The position numbers and the translations under genes were made by a program. Below, piece after piece: positions 8,939 to 19,440 of a stretch of DNA of 64,000 nucleotides. Position 1 is the first letter of the stretch; every line of letters starts with the position of its first letter. The notes below the pieces were generated by a model that saw only the letters and a list, made by a program, of their open reading frames with translations, was not told where the DNA came from and did no database searches. The DNA is taken from NCBI GenBank assembly GCA_963768855.1, contig CAVYJM010000010.1:145691-209690 (forward strand), read 5' to 3'. Source of the stretch: an uncultured Thermoplasmata archaeon (lineage in GTDB: Archaea > Thermoplasmatota > Thermoplasmata > RBG-16-68-12).

Positions 8939-10161
8939 AGGCGGTCATTCTCGCGGCCGGCGAGGGCACGCGGATGCGCCCCCTCACGGCGAACCTTCCC
9001 AAGCCCCTCCTCCCGGTTGCAGGCAAGCCGTTCCTCCGCCACACCCTCGAGGCCGTTCGCCAGGCCGGCATCCGCGAGGTGACGATCCTCATCGGATGGC
9101 AGGGCCATCGGATCCGCGAGAGCTTCGGCCGCGGCGGTGATTCGGAACTGGTCATCGACTACGAGGAGCAGACGGAGCGCTTGGGGACTGCGAACGCGAT
9201 CGGGCAGCTCCGCAAGCACGTCGACGGTCCCTTTCTCAGCATCAACGGGGACGTGGTCGTCTCGGGCGAGGCGCTCAAAGGCCTCGTTGCCTACCACGAG
9301 AAGGCTGGCGGCCCCGTCATGGCCCTCGCGGAGGTGCCGGATCCGCGGCCGTTCGGCGTGGTCGAGCTCACGGACGGGCGCGTGAGCGGACTCGAGGAGA
9401 AGCCGCGGGCGCCGAAGTCCCACCTGATCAACGCGGGCATCTACGTCTTCGAGCCGGACATCTTCCCCCTCATCGACGCCACGCCGAAGTCGCCGCGGGG
9501 CGAGTACGAGATTACGGACACGATTCGGACGCTCCTGACGAAGCGCGACGTGCACGGCTTCCGCCTCCCGGGCGAGTGGCTCGACGTCGGCCGACCGTGG
9601 GACCTGCTCCGGGCCAACGCAGCCCTTCTCAAGCCGCTCAAAGGCGCGGTCCACGGGACCGTGGACGCGGGCGCGACCCTCGTGGGTGAGGTCCTCGTCG
9701 AGGCGGGCGCCCACGTTCGGCCGGGCTCCCACGTCGAGGGCCCCACGATCATCGGCCCCGAGGCGGAGGTCGGCCCCAACTGCTACATCCGGCCATCCAC
9801 CGCCATCGGCCCGAAGGCGAAGGTCGGCAACGCGTGCGAGGTGAAGAACAGCATCCTCATGGGAGGCACGCACGTCCCCCACCAGAACTACGTCGGGGAC
9901 AGCGTGCTCGGGGAGCGGTGTAACCTCGGCGCCGGCACGAAGGTCGCGAACCTGCGCTTGGACGAGGCGAACGTCCGGGTCCGGTTCGGCGGCGCGGAGG
10001 TCGACACCGGGCTCCGCAAGCTCGGCGTGATCATGGGGGACGACGTGAAGGTCGGCATCAACGCCTCGATCGACGCCGGCACGATCATCGGGGAGGGCAC
10101 GTTCATCGGACCCGGAGCGAGCGTCCGCGGGAACATCGCCCCGCGGAGCCGGATCTTCTGA
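8935..10161 (+). CDS. glmU: Bifunctional sugar-1-phosphate nucleotidylyltransferase/acetyltransferase (archaeal GlmU type)
   Basis: MKAVILAAGEGTRMRPLT, PKPLLPVAGKP and C-terminal hexapeptide repeats. ATGA overlap with the glmM stop. Confidence 0.85.
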   Translation: MKAVILAAGEGTRMRPLTANLPKPLLPVAGKPFLRHTLEAVRQAGIREVTILIGWQGHRIRESFGRGGDSELVIDYEEQTERLGTANAIGQLRKHVDGPFLSINGDVVVSGEALKGLVAYHEKAGGPVMALAEVPDPRPFGVVELTDGRVSGLEEKPRAPKSHLINAGIYVFEPDIFPLIDATPKSPRGEYEITDTIRTLLTKRDVHGFRLPGEWLDVGRPWDLLRANAALLKPLKGAVHGTVDAGATLVGEVLVEAGAHVRPGSHVEGPTIIGPEAEVGPNCYIRPSTAIGPKAKVGNACEVKNSILMGGTHVPHQNYVGDSVLGERCNLGAGTKVANLRLDEANVRVRFGGAEVDTGLRKLGVIMGDDVKVGINASIDAGTIIGEGTFIGPGASVRGNIAPRSRIF

Positions 10162-10171
10162 GGTGGGCGTC

Positions 10172-11323
10172 GTGCGCATCGCCCAGGTATCGCCATGGTT
10201 CTATCCCCACCTCGGCGGCGTGGAGAGCCACGTGCAGGTCCTTTCCCGCGAGCTCGCCGCGCGGGGTCACGAGGTCACCGTCATCACCGCCCGCCACACC
10301 TCGTCGGCGCCCGAGCGGGAATCGGTGGACGGCTTCGACATCATCCGGGTCAAGCCGCGGATGATCGTCCTGCGCACGCCCATCGCCCCGAAGATGCGCC
10401 CGCTGATCCGCGGCCTCGACGTCGACGTGATCCACGCGCATCTCCCGCCGCCCCTCAGCGCGCACTACGCGGCGGACGCGGCCGAGCAGCGCGGGCTGCC
10501 CCTGGTCCTCACCTACCACTGCGATGTCGAGATCCCGTCTCCCGTCGGAGCCCTGATCGAGACGCTCTACCGCCGCAGCCTGGGCGCTTCCACTCTGAAT
10601 CGGGCCGCAAAGGTCATCGTGACCACCCGGACCTACGCGGCCACGAGCCGCGCGGTCTGGCGGCAGAGCCCCGTCGTGATCCCGAACGCCGTCGACGCCC
10701 ATCACTTCCACCCCGAGGTCGACGGCAGCAGCGTGCGGACGAAGCTCCGGATTCCCCGCGACCGCCCGGTCGTCCTCCTCGTCGGCCGGATCGTGGCCCA
10801 CAAGGGCGTCGAGCATTTCATCGAGGCCGCCCGATACCTGCCTGGCGTCTCGCTCGTCGTGGCGGGAGAAGGCTCCTCCCTCGAGGCGATGGAGCGCCTC
10901 GCGGCCACCCTCGGCGTCCAAGACCGGGTGCAGTTCCTCGGCCGCGTGTCCCAGGAGAACCTCCCGAAGGTGTATGCCGCCTGTGACGTCTTCGTGCTCC
11001 CGAGCGTGTCCCGCCTCGAAGCGTTTGGGATCGTCGCCCTCGAGGCCATGGCGACCGGCAAGCCCGTCGTGGTCGCGGACATCCCCGGAGTGCGGGAGAT
11101 CATCGAGGACGGGCGCGAGGGCCTCCTGGCCGATCCGATGAACCCGCAGGACCTGGCGCGCAAGATCCAGACTCTCCTGGCCGACCCGGGGCTGCGCGCG
11201 GAGATGGGCCGGCGCGGCCGGGAGAAGGTCCTCGCGGCGTTCACAACGGAGACGGTTGCGCAGCAGGTCCTCGACGTCTACGCGGACGTCCTCGCAGCAG
11301 GTGCCGCTACGGCACGACGCTGA
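10172..11323 (+). CDS. Glycosyltransferase family 4
   Basis: MRIAQVSPWFYPHLGGVE; EAFGIVALEAMATGKPVV (EX7E motif); SD GAGGTG before GTG 10172. Confidence 0.9.
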   Translation: MRIAQVSPWFYPHLGGVESHVQVLSRELAARGHEVTVITARHTSSAPERESVDGFDIIRVKPRMIVLRTPIAPKMRPLIRGLDVDVIHAHLPPPLSAHYAADAAEQRGLPLVLTYHCDVEIPSPVGALIETLYRRSLGASTLNRAAKVIVTTRTYAATSRAVWRQSPVVIPNAVDAHHFHPEVDGSSVRTKLRIPRDRPVVLLVGRIVAHKGVEHFIEAARYLPGVSLVVAGEGSSLEAMERLAATLGVQDRVQFLGRVSQENLPKVYAACDVFVLPSVSRLEAFGIVALEAMATGKPVVVADIPGVREIIEDGREGLLADPMNPQDLARKIQTLLADPGLRAEMGRRGREKVLAAFTTETVAQQVLDVYADVLAAGAATARR

Positions 11324-11684
11324 GGGGGACGCGCTCCCCCTTGTTCGTCCACGCGGCCCAGGTCTCCTCCGTGAACGGGTGGCCGGTGATCAGGTGGAGG
11401 CCGCTGAAGTTGCTGAACAGCAAGCGGTCCTCGTCGGAGGGACGGAAGACGCCGCTCGGGTGGGAGTGGACCGTGCCCACGACGCCCAGGTTCGGCGGGA
11501 GCATCCACGTCTGGAAGATTGCGTGCCGCCGTCCGCTCACCGTGCCCGGGATCATCACGAGCTCCACGATGACCCCCTCCTCGGCGCGGAGGAAGGCGCC
11601 GAACTCGTTCGGGTACATGTCCCGCGAGGCCTCGAGGATCATCCGGAGGCATTTGCGTGTGATCGAGGTGGGTCGCTTCGGCAT
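11307..11684 (-). CDS. JAB/MPN (Mov34) family metalloprotease
   Basis: Upstream Glu (YPNEF) and JAMM motif HSHPSGVFRPSDED. Confidence 0.85.
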   Translation of the reverse strand: MPKRPTSITRKCLRMILEASRDMYPNEFGAFLRAEEGVIVELVMIPGTVSGRRHAIFQTWMLPPNLGVVGTVHSHPSGVFRPSDEDRLLFSNFSGLHLITGHPFTEETWAAWTNKGERVPLSVVP

Positions 11685-11689
11685 GGCCC

Positions 11690-12496
11690 TCACTGGCGGG
11701 AGATCTTCTCTTCGAACCGCTTGTAGAAGTCGTCCCGGAACCGGATGAAGCGGGCCGGTCGCTCCGAGGCGGTCACGGAGATTGTCTCGGCCCCCTTGAG
11801 GTGCGTCTCGCGTTGGCCGTCCATGACGAGGAGGCACTCCTTCGGTTTGACGAGGCTGACGCGGACCTGGCTCGCCGCGGGGAAAACGTGAGGCCGGCAG
11901 GACGGCTTGAACGGCGCGATCGCGTTCAGGATGATCGCGGGCACACGTGGGTCGACGATGGGCCCGCCGACGGACATCGAGTACGACGTCGAGCCGGTCG
12001 GCGTCGCGAGGATTATCGCGTCCGCCCGCACGCGGGTCACGAGGGCGTCGTCGAGGTGGACCTCGAAGTGGCGGATCTTCGCCACCTGGGCCGTGTGGAC
12101 CACGACCTCGTTGAGGCAGTCGAAGAGCCGCTGCCCGTCGACCGTGACCTTCAGCCGCAGGCGTTCCTCGACCTTGTAGTCCGTCCGCACGATGCGCCCG
12201 AGGAAGGTCTCAACCTCGTTCGCGTAGACCTCCGCCAGGAACCCGAGCGAGCCCGAGTTGATCCCGAGGATGGGCGCCTCCGTGAGTTGCAGGGCCCGCA
12301 GGATCGTCCCGTCGCCGCCGACCGCGAGGATGATGTCCGGCTTCATGTGGGCCAGCGGGACGCCCGTGCGGCCAACGTCCTTCGCGATCTCCGTCTCCAG
12401 GACGACCTCGTGCTTCGGTTCCAGGAACCGGAGGATCGTCTTTGTCGCCTCGAGGGAATCGGGGATGTGCGGGTTCGCGGTGATGCCGAACTTCAT
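11690..12496 (-). CDS. nadK: NAD(+) kinase
   Basis: GGDGTILRA, GINSGSLGFL, LNEVVV, ATPTGSTSYSMSVGGP. Confidence 0.9.
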   Translation of the reverse strand: MKFGITANPHIPDSLEATKTILRFLEPKHEVVLETEIAKDVGRTGVPLAHMKPDIILAVGGDGTILRALQLTEAPILGINSGSLGFLAEVYANEVETFLGRIVRTDYKVEERLRLKVTVDGQRLFDCLNEVVVHTAQVAKIRHFEVHLDDALVTRVRADAIILATPTGSTSYSMSVGGPIVDPRVPAIILNAIAPFKPSCRPHVFPAASQVRVSLVKPKECLLVMDGQRETHLKGAETISVTASERPARFIRFRDDFYKRFEEKISRQ

Positions 12497-13260
12497 TGGA
12501 TCGCCTCCCAGGCCTTCCGGTCGCCGACGGCGACCAGGTCCGTGCGAGCGTCCGAGGTGAGGGGCAGGTCGAGGTCCTCTCCGTCGAGCGCGAGGACCTG
12601 GCCGCCCGCCTCACGGACGATGAGCGTCCCCGCCGCGATGTCGCATGCGCGGAGCTTGAGCTGGGGGACCGCGCTGTGCATGTAATACAGATCCGCTGCG
12701 CCGCGAGCGACGAGGCAGAGGTCCAGGGAGGCGGCTCCGAGGTGCCGTACGCGACGGGCCTTCGCGGCGATCCGGGATGCCTCGGGGTGGGCGTTCGTTC
12801 CCAGGTACACGCTGAAGAGGACATCCTTCGGGTCGAACGGTCTCGTCTCGATCCGGCGACCGTCGAGCGACGCGCCCTTCCCCTTCGCGGCGTAGTAGGT
12901 CGCTCCGCCGACGAGGTCCCGAACGAGTCCCTCCTCGACGTCGCCGAGAGAATCCCGCCCGATGGCCATGGATACGGAGAAAGCGGGAACGCCGCGGAGG
13001 GCGTTGTGGGTGCCGTCCACGGGATCGAGCACGAGCACGCGGTCGCCTCCGCGCTCGACCACGCCGGCCTCCTCGCTGAGCACGTTCAGCTTGACCCGCT
13101 TCTCGTCCAGCCGCTTCAGGACCGCGGTCTCGGCAACCCGGTCGATGCGGGTGCTCGGAGCCCCGTCGGCGCCGCGGCCCAGGACATCCCCCGGGTTTCC
13201 TTGCAACGTGTCTACCGCCCGCTGGACGGCTCTCGCCAGATCAAGGAGGAGGGCCTTCAC
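12493..13260 (-). CDS. Inositol monophosphatase/FBPase family (possible NADP phosphatase)
   Basis: LSEE, LDPVDGTHNA, GAASLDLCLVARG, DIAAGTLIVREAGG; 4-bp overlap with the nadK start. Confidence 0.85.
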   Translation of the reverse strand: MKALLLDLARAVQRAVDTLQGNPGDVLGRGADGAPSTRIDRVAETAVLKRLDEKRVKLNVLSEEAGVVERGGDRVLVLDPVDGTHNALRGVPAFSVSMAIGRDSLGDVEEGLVRDLVGGATYYAAKGKGASLDGRRIETRPFDPKDVLFSVYLGTNAHPEASRIAAKARRVRHLGAASLDLCLVARGAADLYYMHSAVPQLKLRACDIAAGTLIVREAGGQVLALDGEDLDLPLTSDARTDLVAVGDRKAWEAIQ

Positions 13261-13365
13261 CGAGCGCGCTACCTCCTTGCCCCTAATAGACCTATTGCCG
13301 TGACCGCTGAGCTCGCCAACGCCGGCCAGTCTGGCGCGGCAGGACTCGACCCAACAATGAAACGC

Positions 13366-13373
13366 TTATATAG
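13366..13373 (+). promoter_or_regulatory. TATA box of the thermosome/chaperone operon
   Basis: GAAACG-CTTATATA (BRE-like purines followed by TATA) about 65 nt upstream of the start codon. Confidence 0.55.
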
Positions 13374-13435
13374 AAGTCCCAACATAGACTTGAGCCCCGG
13401 ACATGAGTCCGTAGGGTTTCGGAGGCATGTAGACC

Positions 13436-15088
13436 ATGATGCCAGCAGGTACCCCGATCTTCGTTTTGAAAGAGGGAACGCGCCGAGAGCGCGGGAAGGG
13501 AGCGCAGTTCAACAACATCGCGGCCGCCAAAGCCGTGGCCGACGCGGTGCGATCGACCCTGGGTCCCCGGGGCATGGACAAGATGCTCGTGGACAGCCTG
13601 GGAGACGTCGTCATCACGAACGACGGGGTCACGATCTTGAAGGAGATCGACATCGAGCACCCGGCCGCCAAGATGCTCGTCGAGGTCGCGAAGACCCAGG
13701 ACGAGGAGGCTGGCGACGGCACGACCACCGCGGTCATCCTCGCGGGCGAGCTCCTGAAGAAGGCCGAAGACCTCATCGACATGAACATCCATCCGACCGT
13801 GATTGCGTCCGGCTACCGACTCGCGAGCGTGAAGGCCCGGGACATCCTCGAGAAGATCGCCACCAAGATTTCGATCAAGGACCCGGACACTCTGAAGAAG
13901 GTCGCAATGACCTCCATGTCCTCGAAGTCCTCGAGCGGCCACAAGGAGCACCTCGCCGACATCTCCGTGAAGGCCGTATCAACGGTTGCGGAGCAGCGGG
14001 CCGACGGCTCGTACTTCGTCGACGAGGACAACATCCAGATCGTCAAGAAGCAGGGCGGATCCATCGCCGACACGGAACTCGTCGACGGCATCATCGTCGA
14101 CAAGGAGCGCGTGCACCCCGGCATGCCCTCCGAGATCAAGGATGCGAAGATCGCCTTGGTCGACGCGGCCCTTGAGGTCAAGAAGACCGAGATCGACGCG
14201 AAGATCGAGATCACGGACCCGGCCCAGCTCCAGGCCTTCCTCAACGAGGAGGAAGGGATGCTGAAGCGGATGGTCGACACGGTGAAGAAGAGCGCCGCCA
14301 CGGTCCTGTTCAGCCAGAAGGGCATCGACGACCTCGCCCAACACTACCTCGCGAAGGAGGGCATCTACGCCGTCCGGCGCGTCAAGAAGTCTGACATGGA
14401 GAAGCTCGCGAAGGCCACGGGCGGGAAGATCGTCACGAAGCTCGATGAGCTCGCCAAGGACGACCTCGGGTACGCCAAGATCGTCTTCGAGAAGAAGATC
14501 GGAGACGACTCTATGACGTTCGTCACGGGCTGCAAGAACCCGAAGGCCGTGTCCATCCTGATCCGCGGAGGCACGGAGCACGTCGTCGACGAGGTCGAGC
14601 GGTCCCTCGAGGACTCCACGAGCGTCGTTTCCGTCGCCATCGAGGACGGCAAGGTCGTGACCGGTGGCGGCTCCAGCGCGATGGAGATCGCCCTCGGCCT
14701 GCGCGATCACGCCTCCACGGTCGGAGGGCGCGAGCAGATTGCGATCGAGGCCTTCGCCGACGCGATGGAAGCCGTCCCGCGCACCCTCGCCGAGAACGCC
14801 GGGCTGGACCCCATCGACATGCTGATTGAGCTCCGCAAGGAGCACAAGAAGGGCAACAAGAACGCCGGCGTGAACGTCTTCACCGGCAAGGTCTCCGACA
14901 TGAAGAAGGAGAACGTGATCGAGCCGATCCGCGTGGGCAGCCAGGCCATCAGTTCCGCGACGGACGCGGCGGTCATGGTCCTCCGGATCGACGACGTCAT
15001 TGCGTCCAAGTCCGGCGGCGCACCGGGCGGCAAGGGCCCGGGTGCCGGCGGCGAGGGCGACGAGGGCGGAGCCGGAGAAGAGTTCTGA
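13436..15088 (+). CDS. ths: Thermosome subunit (group II chaperonin)
   Basis: [29 protein letters not shown], helical protrusion [11 protein letters not shown]; acidic Gly-rich tail. Confidence 0.97.
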   Translation: MMPAGTPIFVLKEGTRRERGKGAQFNNIAAAKAVADAVRSTLGPRGMDKMLVDSLGDVVITNDGVTILKEIDIEHPAAKMLVEVAKTQDEEAGDGTTTAVILAGELLKKAEDLIDMNIHPTVIASGYRLASVKARDILEKIATKISIKDPDTLKKVAMTSMSSKSSSGHKEHLADISVKAVSTVAEQRADGSYFVDEDNIQIVKKQGGSIADTELVDGIIVDKERVHPGMPSEIKDAKIALVDAALEVKKTEIDAKIEITDPAQLQAFLNEEEGMLKRMVDTVKKSAATVLFSQKGIDDLAQHYLAKEGIYAVRRVKKSDMEKLAKATGGKIVTKLDELAKDDLGYAKIVFEKKIGDDSMTFVTGCKNPKAVSILIRGGTEHVVDEVERSLEDSTSVVSVAIEDGKVVTGGGSSAMEIALGLRDHASTVGGREQIAIEAFADAMEAVPRTLAENAGLDPIDMLIELRKEHKKGNKNAGVNVFTGKVSDMKKENVIEPIRVGSQAISSATDAAVMVLRIDDVIASKSGGAPGGKGPGAGGEGDEGGAGEEF

Positions 15089-15128
15089 GGGGGCCGATCG
15101 GGAGGCCCCGCGGCCCCCGGGGGTCTCC

Positions 15129-15560
15129 ATGAACGAGGAACGCGACTCGGACCCGGCCGGAGCGCCGGACACGGCGAACCACCCGCGAGGGCGGCGCAAG
15201 CCCGTGCCCTCCCTCCCCGGGCCTAATCCCGCCTCCGGGCGGCCGGCCCTTGCGGCGCCGTCTCCGACGGTCGACCCGCCATCCGCCCGCATTCCCACCG
15301 CCGAGGTGACGCTCTCCCCGAGCCACGTCTACGTGACCGTTGAGCTGCCCGGCGCCCCGAAGGACGCGCTGGACATCCAGGCGACCGAGGCCTCGCTGAC
15401 GATTGATGCGAAACGCGTCCAGGGGCCGGCCTATCATCTCGAACTGGCGTTGCCCGCCTCCGTGAAGCCGGGATCGGCGAAGGCGACGTACCTCAACGGC
15501 ATCCTCGACGTGACCCTGACCCGCGCGAGGCGATCCGGAGGTGACCGTCATGGCGCATGA
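15129..15560 (+). CDS. Hsp20/alpha-crystallin family small heat-shock protein
   Basis: VYVTVELPG...ELALPASV...AKATYLNGILDVTL alpha-crystallin domain preceded by a Pro-rich N-terminus. Confidence 0.75.
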   Translation: MNEERDSDPAGAPDTANHPRGRRKPVPSLPGPNPASGRPALAAPSPTVDPPSARIPTAEVTLSPSHVYVTVELPGAPKDALDIQATEASLTIDAKRVQGPAYHLELALPASVKPGSAKATYLNGILDVTLTRARRSGGDRHGA

Positions 15561-16092
15561 AGCACCGAAGGTGAAACCCGAGCCCCCGGAGACGCCCCTC
15601 GAGGAACCCGGGGAAGCCCCGCCGGAGTCTGCGGCGCCCTCGGAGCTCGAGATCGAGCGGAGGCGGAACGAGGAGCTCCTGAACCGGCTCAAGTATCTCC
15701 AGGCCGACTTCGAGAACTACCGCAAGCGCGTTTCGCGGGAGACCGAGGCCGTCGTCAAGCTGGCCAACGAGGCGCTCGTTGTCCGCCTCCTGCCGATCCT
15801 CGACGACATGGATGCGGCGCTCCTGCACTTGGACGGCGAGCCGGCGAAAGGCGTCCGCATGGTCCAAGAGAATCTATTGAAGGCCCTTCGGGCCGCGGGA
15901 CTCGAGGAGATCCCGGCCGAGGGCGAGAAGTTCGATCCATACGTGCACGACTGCGTCCAGCAGGTGGCCGACCCCGGGCGGGAGGACGGCGCCGTGGCGG
16001 AGGTCGTGCGGAAGGGGTACCGGCTGCAGGACCACATCCTGCGTCCCGCTCAAGTCATTGTCATCCAGAACAGAGGTGAAAACCATGCCTAA
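15550..16092 (+). CDS. grpE: Nucleotide exchange factor GrpE
   Basis: [41 protein letters not shown]; SD GGAGGTGA. Confidence 0.95.
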   Translation: MAHEAPKVKPEPPETPLEEPGEAPPESAAPSELEIERRRNEELLNRLKYLQADFENYRKRVSRETEAVVKLANEALVVRLLPILDDMDAALLHLDGEPAKGVRMVQENLLKALRAAGLEEIPAEGEKFDPYVHDCVQQVADPGREDGAVAEVVRKGYRLQDHILRPAQVIVIQNRGENHA

Positions 16093-17929
16093 AATCATCG
16101 GAATCGACCTCGGCACGACAAACTCCGAGGCCGCGTACATGGAAGCGGGAACGCCCAAGATCATCCCGAGCGCGGAGGGCAGCGCCTACGGCGGGAAGAT
16201 GTTCCCGTCCGTGGTCGCGTTCACGAAGGACGGAATCCTCGTGGGCGAGCCCGCGAAGCGCCAGGCCGTCCTGAATCCGGACAAAACCGTCATGCAGATC
16301 AAGCGGAAGATGGGGACGGACTACAAGGTCCGGATCGAGGGGAAGGACTACACCCCGCCGGAGATCTCCGCGATGATCCTGCGGAAGATCCGGACGGACG
16401 CGGAGGCGTTCCTGGGCGAGAAGATCACGCAGGCCGTCATCACGGTGCCCGCGTACTTCAACGACAACCAGCGCCAGGCCACGAAGGACGCCGGCAAGAT
16501 CGCCGGCCTCGAGGTGCTGCGGCTCGTGAACGAGCCGACGGCCGCGGCCTTGGCGTATGGGCTGGACAAGAAGGGCGAGGGCAAGATCGCCGTCCTCGAC
16601 CTCGGGGGCGGCACGTTCGACGTGACGCTCATGGAGATGGGCGAGGGCGTGTTCGAGGTCATCGCCACGTCCGGCGACACGGCCCTTGGCGGGATGGACA
16701 TGGACAACGCGGTGATCCAGTGGCTCGTCTCCGAGTTCCGGTCCGAGCAGGGGATCGACCTCTCCGCGGACAAGCAGGCTCTTCAGCGCCTGCGCGACGC
16801 GGCCGAGAAGGCCAAGATCGAGCTCACGAGCGCGGTCGAGACGACAATCAACCTCCCGTTCATCGCGCAGAAGGGCGGGCAGCCCGTCCACCTGGAGAAG
16901 AAGGTGACGCGGTCCAAGCTCGAGCAGCTCATCGAACCCGTCCTGGCGCGCCTCGAGGCGCCCATCCGCGGCGCGTTCAACGACGCGAAGTGGAGCTTCT
17001 CGGATGTCAACCACACCATCCTCGTCGGCGGCCCGACCCGCATGCCCGTCGTCCGCGAGCGCTTCGAGCGCATCCTCGGACGGCCCGCGGAAAGGACCGT
17101 CGACCCGATGCAGTGCGTCGCGCTCGGCGCGGCGATCCAGGGAGCCGTGCTCAGCGGCGATGTGAAGGACATCGTCCTCCTCGACGTGACGCCGCTCAGC
17201 CTGGGCGTCGAGACCCAGGGCGGCGTGTTCCACAAGCTGATCGAGCGGAACACGACGATCCCCACGAAGAAGAGCGACATCTTCACGACCGCGGCGGACG
17301 GCCAGACGGTCGTCGAGGTCCACGTCCTCCAAGGGGAGCGCTCCATGGCCTCGGACAACATCAGCCTGGGGAGATTCTACCTCCAGGGCATCCCGCCCGC
17401 GCCGCGCCACGTGCCCCAGATCGAGGTCGCGTTCGACATCGACGCGAACGGGATCCTGAACGTCTCGGCCACGGACAAGGCGACGGGCAAGAGCGAGAAG
17501 CTCACGATCATGGCGCCGCAGCGGATGGACCCGTCCAAGATCGACCAGGCCATCCGGGATGCCCAGTCCCACGCCGAGGACGACCGGCGCCGCCGCGAGC
17601 TCGTCGAGGCCCACAACCAGGGCGAGGCGCTGGTCTACGCGACGGAGAAGCTGCTCAAGGAGCAGGGCGCGAACATCTCCGAGGCCACGAAGAAGGAGGT
17701 CCAGGAGAAGATCGACGCGCTCAAGAAGGTCCTGGCCTCGGACGACCTGTCCCAGCTGCGCCGGGCGATCGAGGAGCTGAACGCCGCGAGCCAGAAGATC
17801 GGGATCGAGATGTACCAGAAGAGCGGCGCCGCCGCGGCCCCTCCCCCAACGGGCGGGTCGGAGGGGTCGGGCGACTCGTCGGAACCGGGGGTCGTGGACG
17901 CGAACTTCGAGGACGTGGACAAGAAGTGA
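16085..17929 (+). CDS. dnaK: Hsp70 chaperone DnaK
   Basis: [38 protein letters not shown]; lacks the diderm ~23-aa insert. Confidence 0.98.
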   Translation: MPKIIGIDLGTTNSEAAYMEAGTPKIIPSAEGSAYGGKMFPSVVAFTKDGILVGEPAKRQAVLNPDKTVMQIKRKMGTDYKVRIEGKDYTPPEISAMILRKIRTDAEAFLGEKITQAVITVPAYFNDNQRQATKDAGKIAGLEVLRLVNEPTAAALAYGLDKKGEGKIAVLDLGGGTFDVTLMEMGEGVFEVIATSGDTALGGMDMDNAVIQWLVSEFRSEQGIDLSADKQALQRLRDAAEKAKIELTSAVETTINLPFIAQKGGQPVHLEKKVTRSKLEQLIEPVLARLEAPIRGAFNDAKWSFSDVNHTILVGGPTRMPVVRERFERILGRPAERTVDPMQCVALGAAIQGAVLSGDVKDIVLLDVTPLSLGVETQGGVFHKLIERNTTIPTKKSDIFTTAADGQTVVEVHVLQGERSMASDNISLGRFYLQGIPPAPRHVPQIEVAFDIDANGILNVSATDKATGKSEKLTIMAPQRMDPSKIDQAIRDAQSHAEDDRRRRELVEAHNQGEALVYATEKLLKEQGANISEATKKEVQEKIDALKKVLASDDLSQLRRAIEELNAASQKIGIEMYQKSGAAAAPPPTGGSEGSGDSSEPGVVDANFEDVDKK

Positions 17930-17964
17930 AGTAGCCACGGCGCATGTGGACGGAAGAACGCGGT

Positions 17965-19137
17965 ATGGCCGGACCGGACTACTACGAGACCCTCGGCGTC
18001 CCTCGCGGGGCATCCAAGGACGAGATCAAGCGGGCCTATCGCAGGCTGGCCAAGAAGTACCATCCGGACCTGAACAAGGACGACCCCAAGGCCGCCGAGG
18101 AGAAGTTCAAGCAGGTCTCCGAGGCCTACGAGGTCCTCGCCGACGATGAGAAACGTCGCATCTACGACCAGTTCGGCCCCGAGGGCCTCAAGCAGCAGGT
18201 GTGGGGCGGCCAGGGTTTCGATTGGGACCGCTTCACCCACGCCGCCGACGTGGAGGACATCTTCGGTCGCGACTTCTTCGAGACCTTCTTCCGGGGCGGA
18301 GGCTTGGGCGGAGGCGGGCTGTTTGACCAGTTCTTCGGCGGCGGGATGGGCCGGCCGCGAGGCCCCGCCTCCGGGCGTTCGTTCCGCGTCGATGCGGAGG
18401 TCCGGCTCGAGGACCTGCTCCATGGTTCCCGCAAGGAGCTCACCCTCCGGGCTCCGCAGTCCTGCCCCGCCTGCCAGGGGACCGGCGCGGAAGGAGGCAA
18501 GCTCGTGACGTGCCCGACCTGCAAGGGTCGCGGCCAGGTGACCAGCTCCGCACGCCGCGGGTACAGCCAGTTCGTCACGATCACCCCGTGTCCCAAGTGC
18601 CAGGGCCGCGGGAAGTGGCCCGAGGCTCCCTGCCGCCGGTGCGCGGGCGCCGGCCGCATCACGGAGCCGAGGACTGTCGCCGTGGAGATCCCCGCGGGCG
18701 CTCCGGACGGCCTCCAGCTGCGGATTCGCGGCCACGGGGAGGCAGGGGAAGCGGGAGCCCGACCCGGCGATCTCTTCGTGGTCGTCCACGTCGCCCCCCA
18801 TCCTACCTTCGAGCGGGACGGGGAGGACGTGATCATGACCCTGCCGATCACCTACCCGCAGGCGGCCCTGGGCGCCGAGGTCGAGATCCCGACCCTGGAC
18901 GGATCCGCGCGTCTCCATGTCCCGCCGGGGACGCAGTCCCATTCTCTGCTGCGCCTGCGCGGGAAAGGCTTACCTCGCCTCCAAGGCGGAGGCCGGGGCG
19001 ACCAGCTCGTCCGAGTGGTCGTCGCGACGCCGGAGAAGGTCTCGGCCGAGGAGCGGAAGCTCCTCGAACGCCTGGCGGAGCTCCAGGGAAGCGCCGATGT
19101 CCGGCGGGGCGTCTTCGATCGGTTCCGGAATCCCTAG
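17965..19137 (+). CDS. dnaJ: Hsp40 co-chaperone DnaJ
   Basis: J-domain with HPD, G/F-rich region and four CxxCxGxG repeats. Confidence 0.97.
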   Translation: MAGPDYYETLGVPRGASKDEIKRAYRRLAKKYHPDLNKDDPKAAEEKFKQVSEAYEVLADDEKRRIYDQFGPEGLKQQVWGGQGFDWDRFTHAADVEDIFGRDFFETFFRGGGLGGGGLFDQFFGGGMGRPRGPASGRSFRVDAEVRLEDLLHGSRKELTLRAPQSCPACQGTGAEGGKLVTCPTCKGRGQVTSSARRGYSQFVTITPCPKCQGRGKWPEAPCRRCAGAGRITEPRTVAVEIPAGAPDGLQLRIRGHGEAGEAGARPGDLFVVVHVAPHPTFERDGEDVIMTLPITYPQAALGAEVEIPTLDGSARLHVPPGTQSHSLLRLRGKGLPRLQGGGRGDQLVRVVVATPEKVSAEERKLLERLAELQGSADVRRGVFDRFRNP

Positions 19138-19295
19138 GGGAACGGGATGCCGGACAGGTAGGAGACGAGCTTGATCATTCCGTAGAAGGCGACGAGGGCT
19201 CCCACCACCGTCAGAATCGCGAGTGCGTCCCGGAGCAACAAGCCTTTGGCGTCGAGGTCCGGCGCCGCTTGTACCTGAGAGGAATTGGCCTGCAC
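19134..19295 (-). CDS. 53-aa single-pass membrane small protein (absent from the ORF track)
   Basis: GTG after GGGGAG; [53 protein letters not shown]; stop overlaps the dnaJ stop (CTAG). Confidence 0.5.
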   Translation of the reverse strand: MQANSSQVQAAPDLDAKGLLLRDALAILTVVGALVAFYGMIKLVSYLSGIPFP

Positions 19296-19440
19296 GGTGG
19301 TTTCTCCCCGGGATTCGATGGAGACGGCGCATATGAATCGCTTCCGCTCTGGTTGTCACGCGTGTGAATCATTCCTGGTAACAACGGCCCGGGGCGCGCA
19401 ATCGGACAAGATTATCTCGCCCGACTCCGTTCGCGCTGGC

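Noticed and set aside
13320-13435. CIRCE or other known heat-shock operator upstream of the chaperone operon
   Set aside because: No TTAGCACTC-N9-GAGTGCTAA; only weak short inverted repeats.
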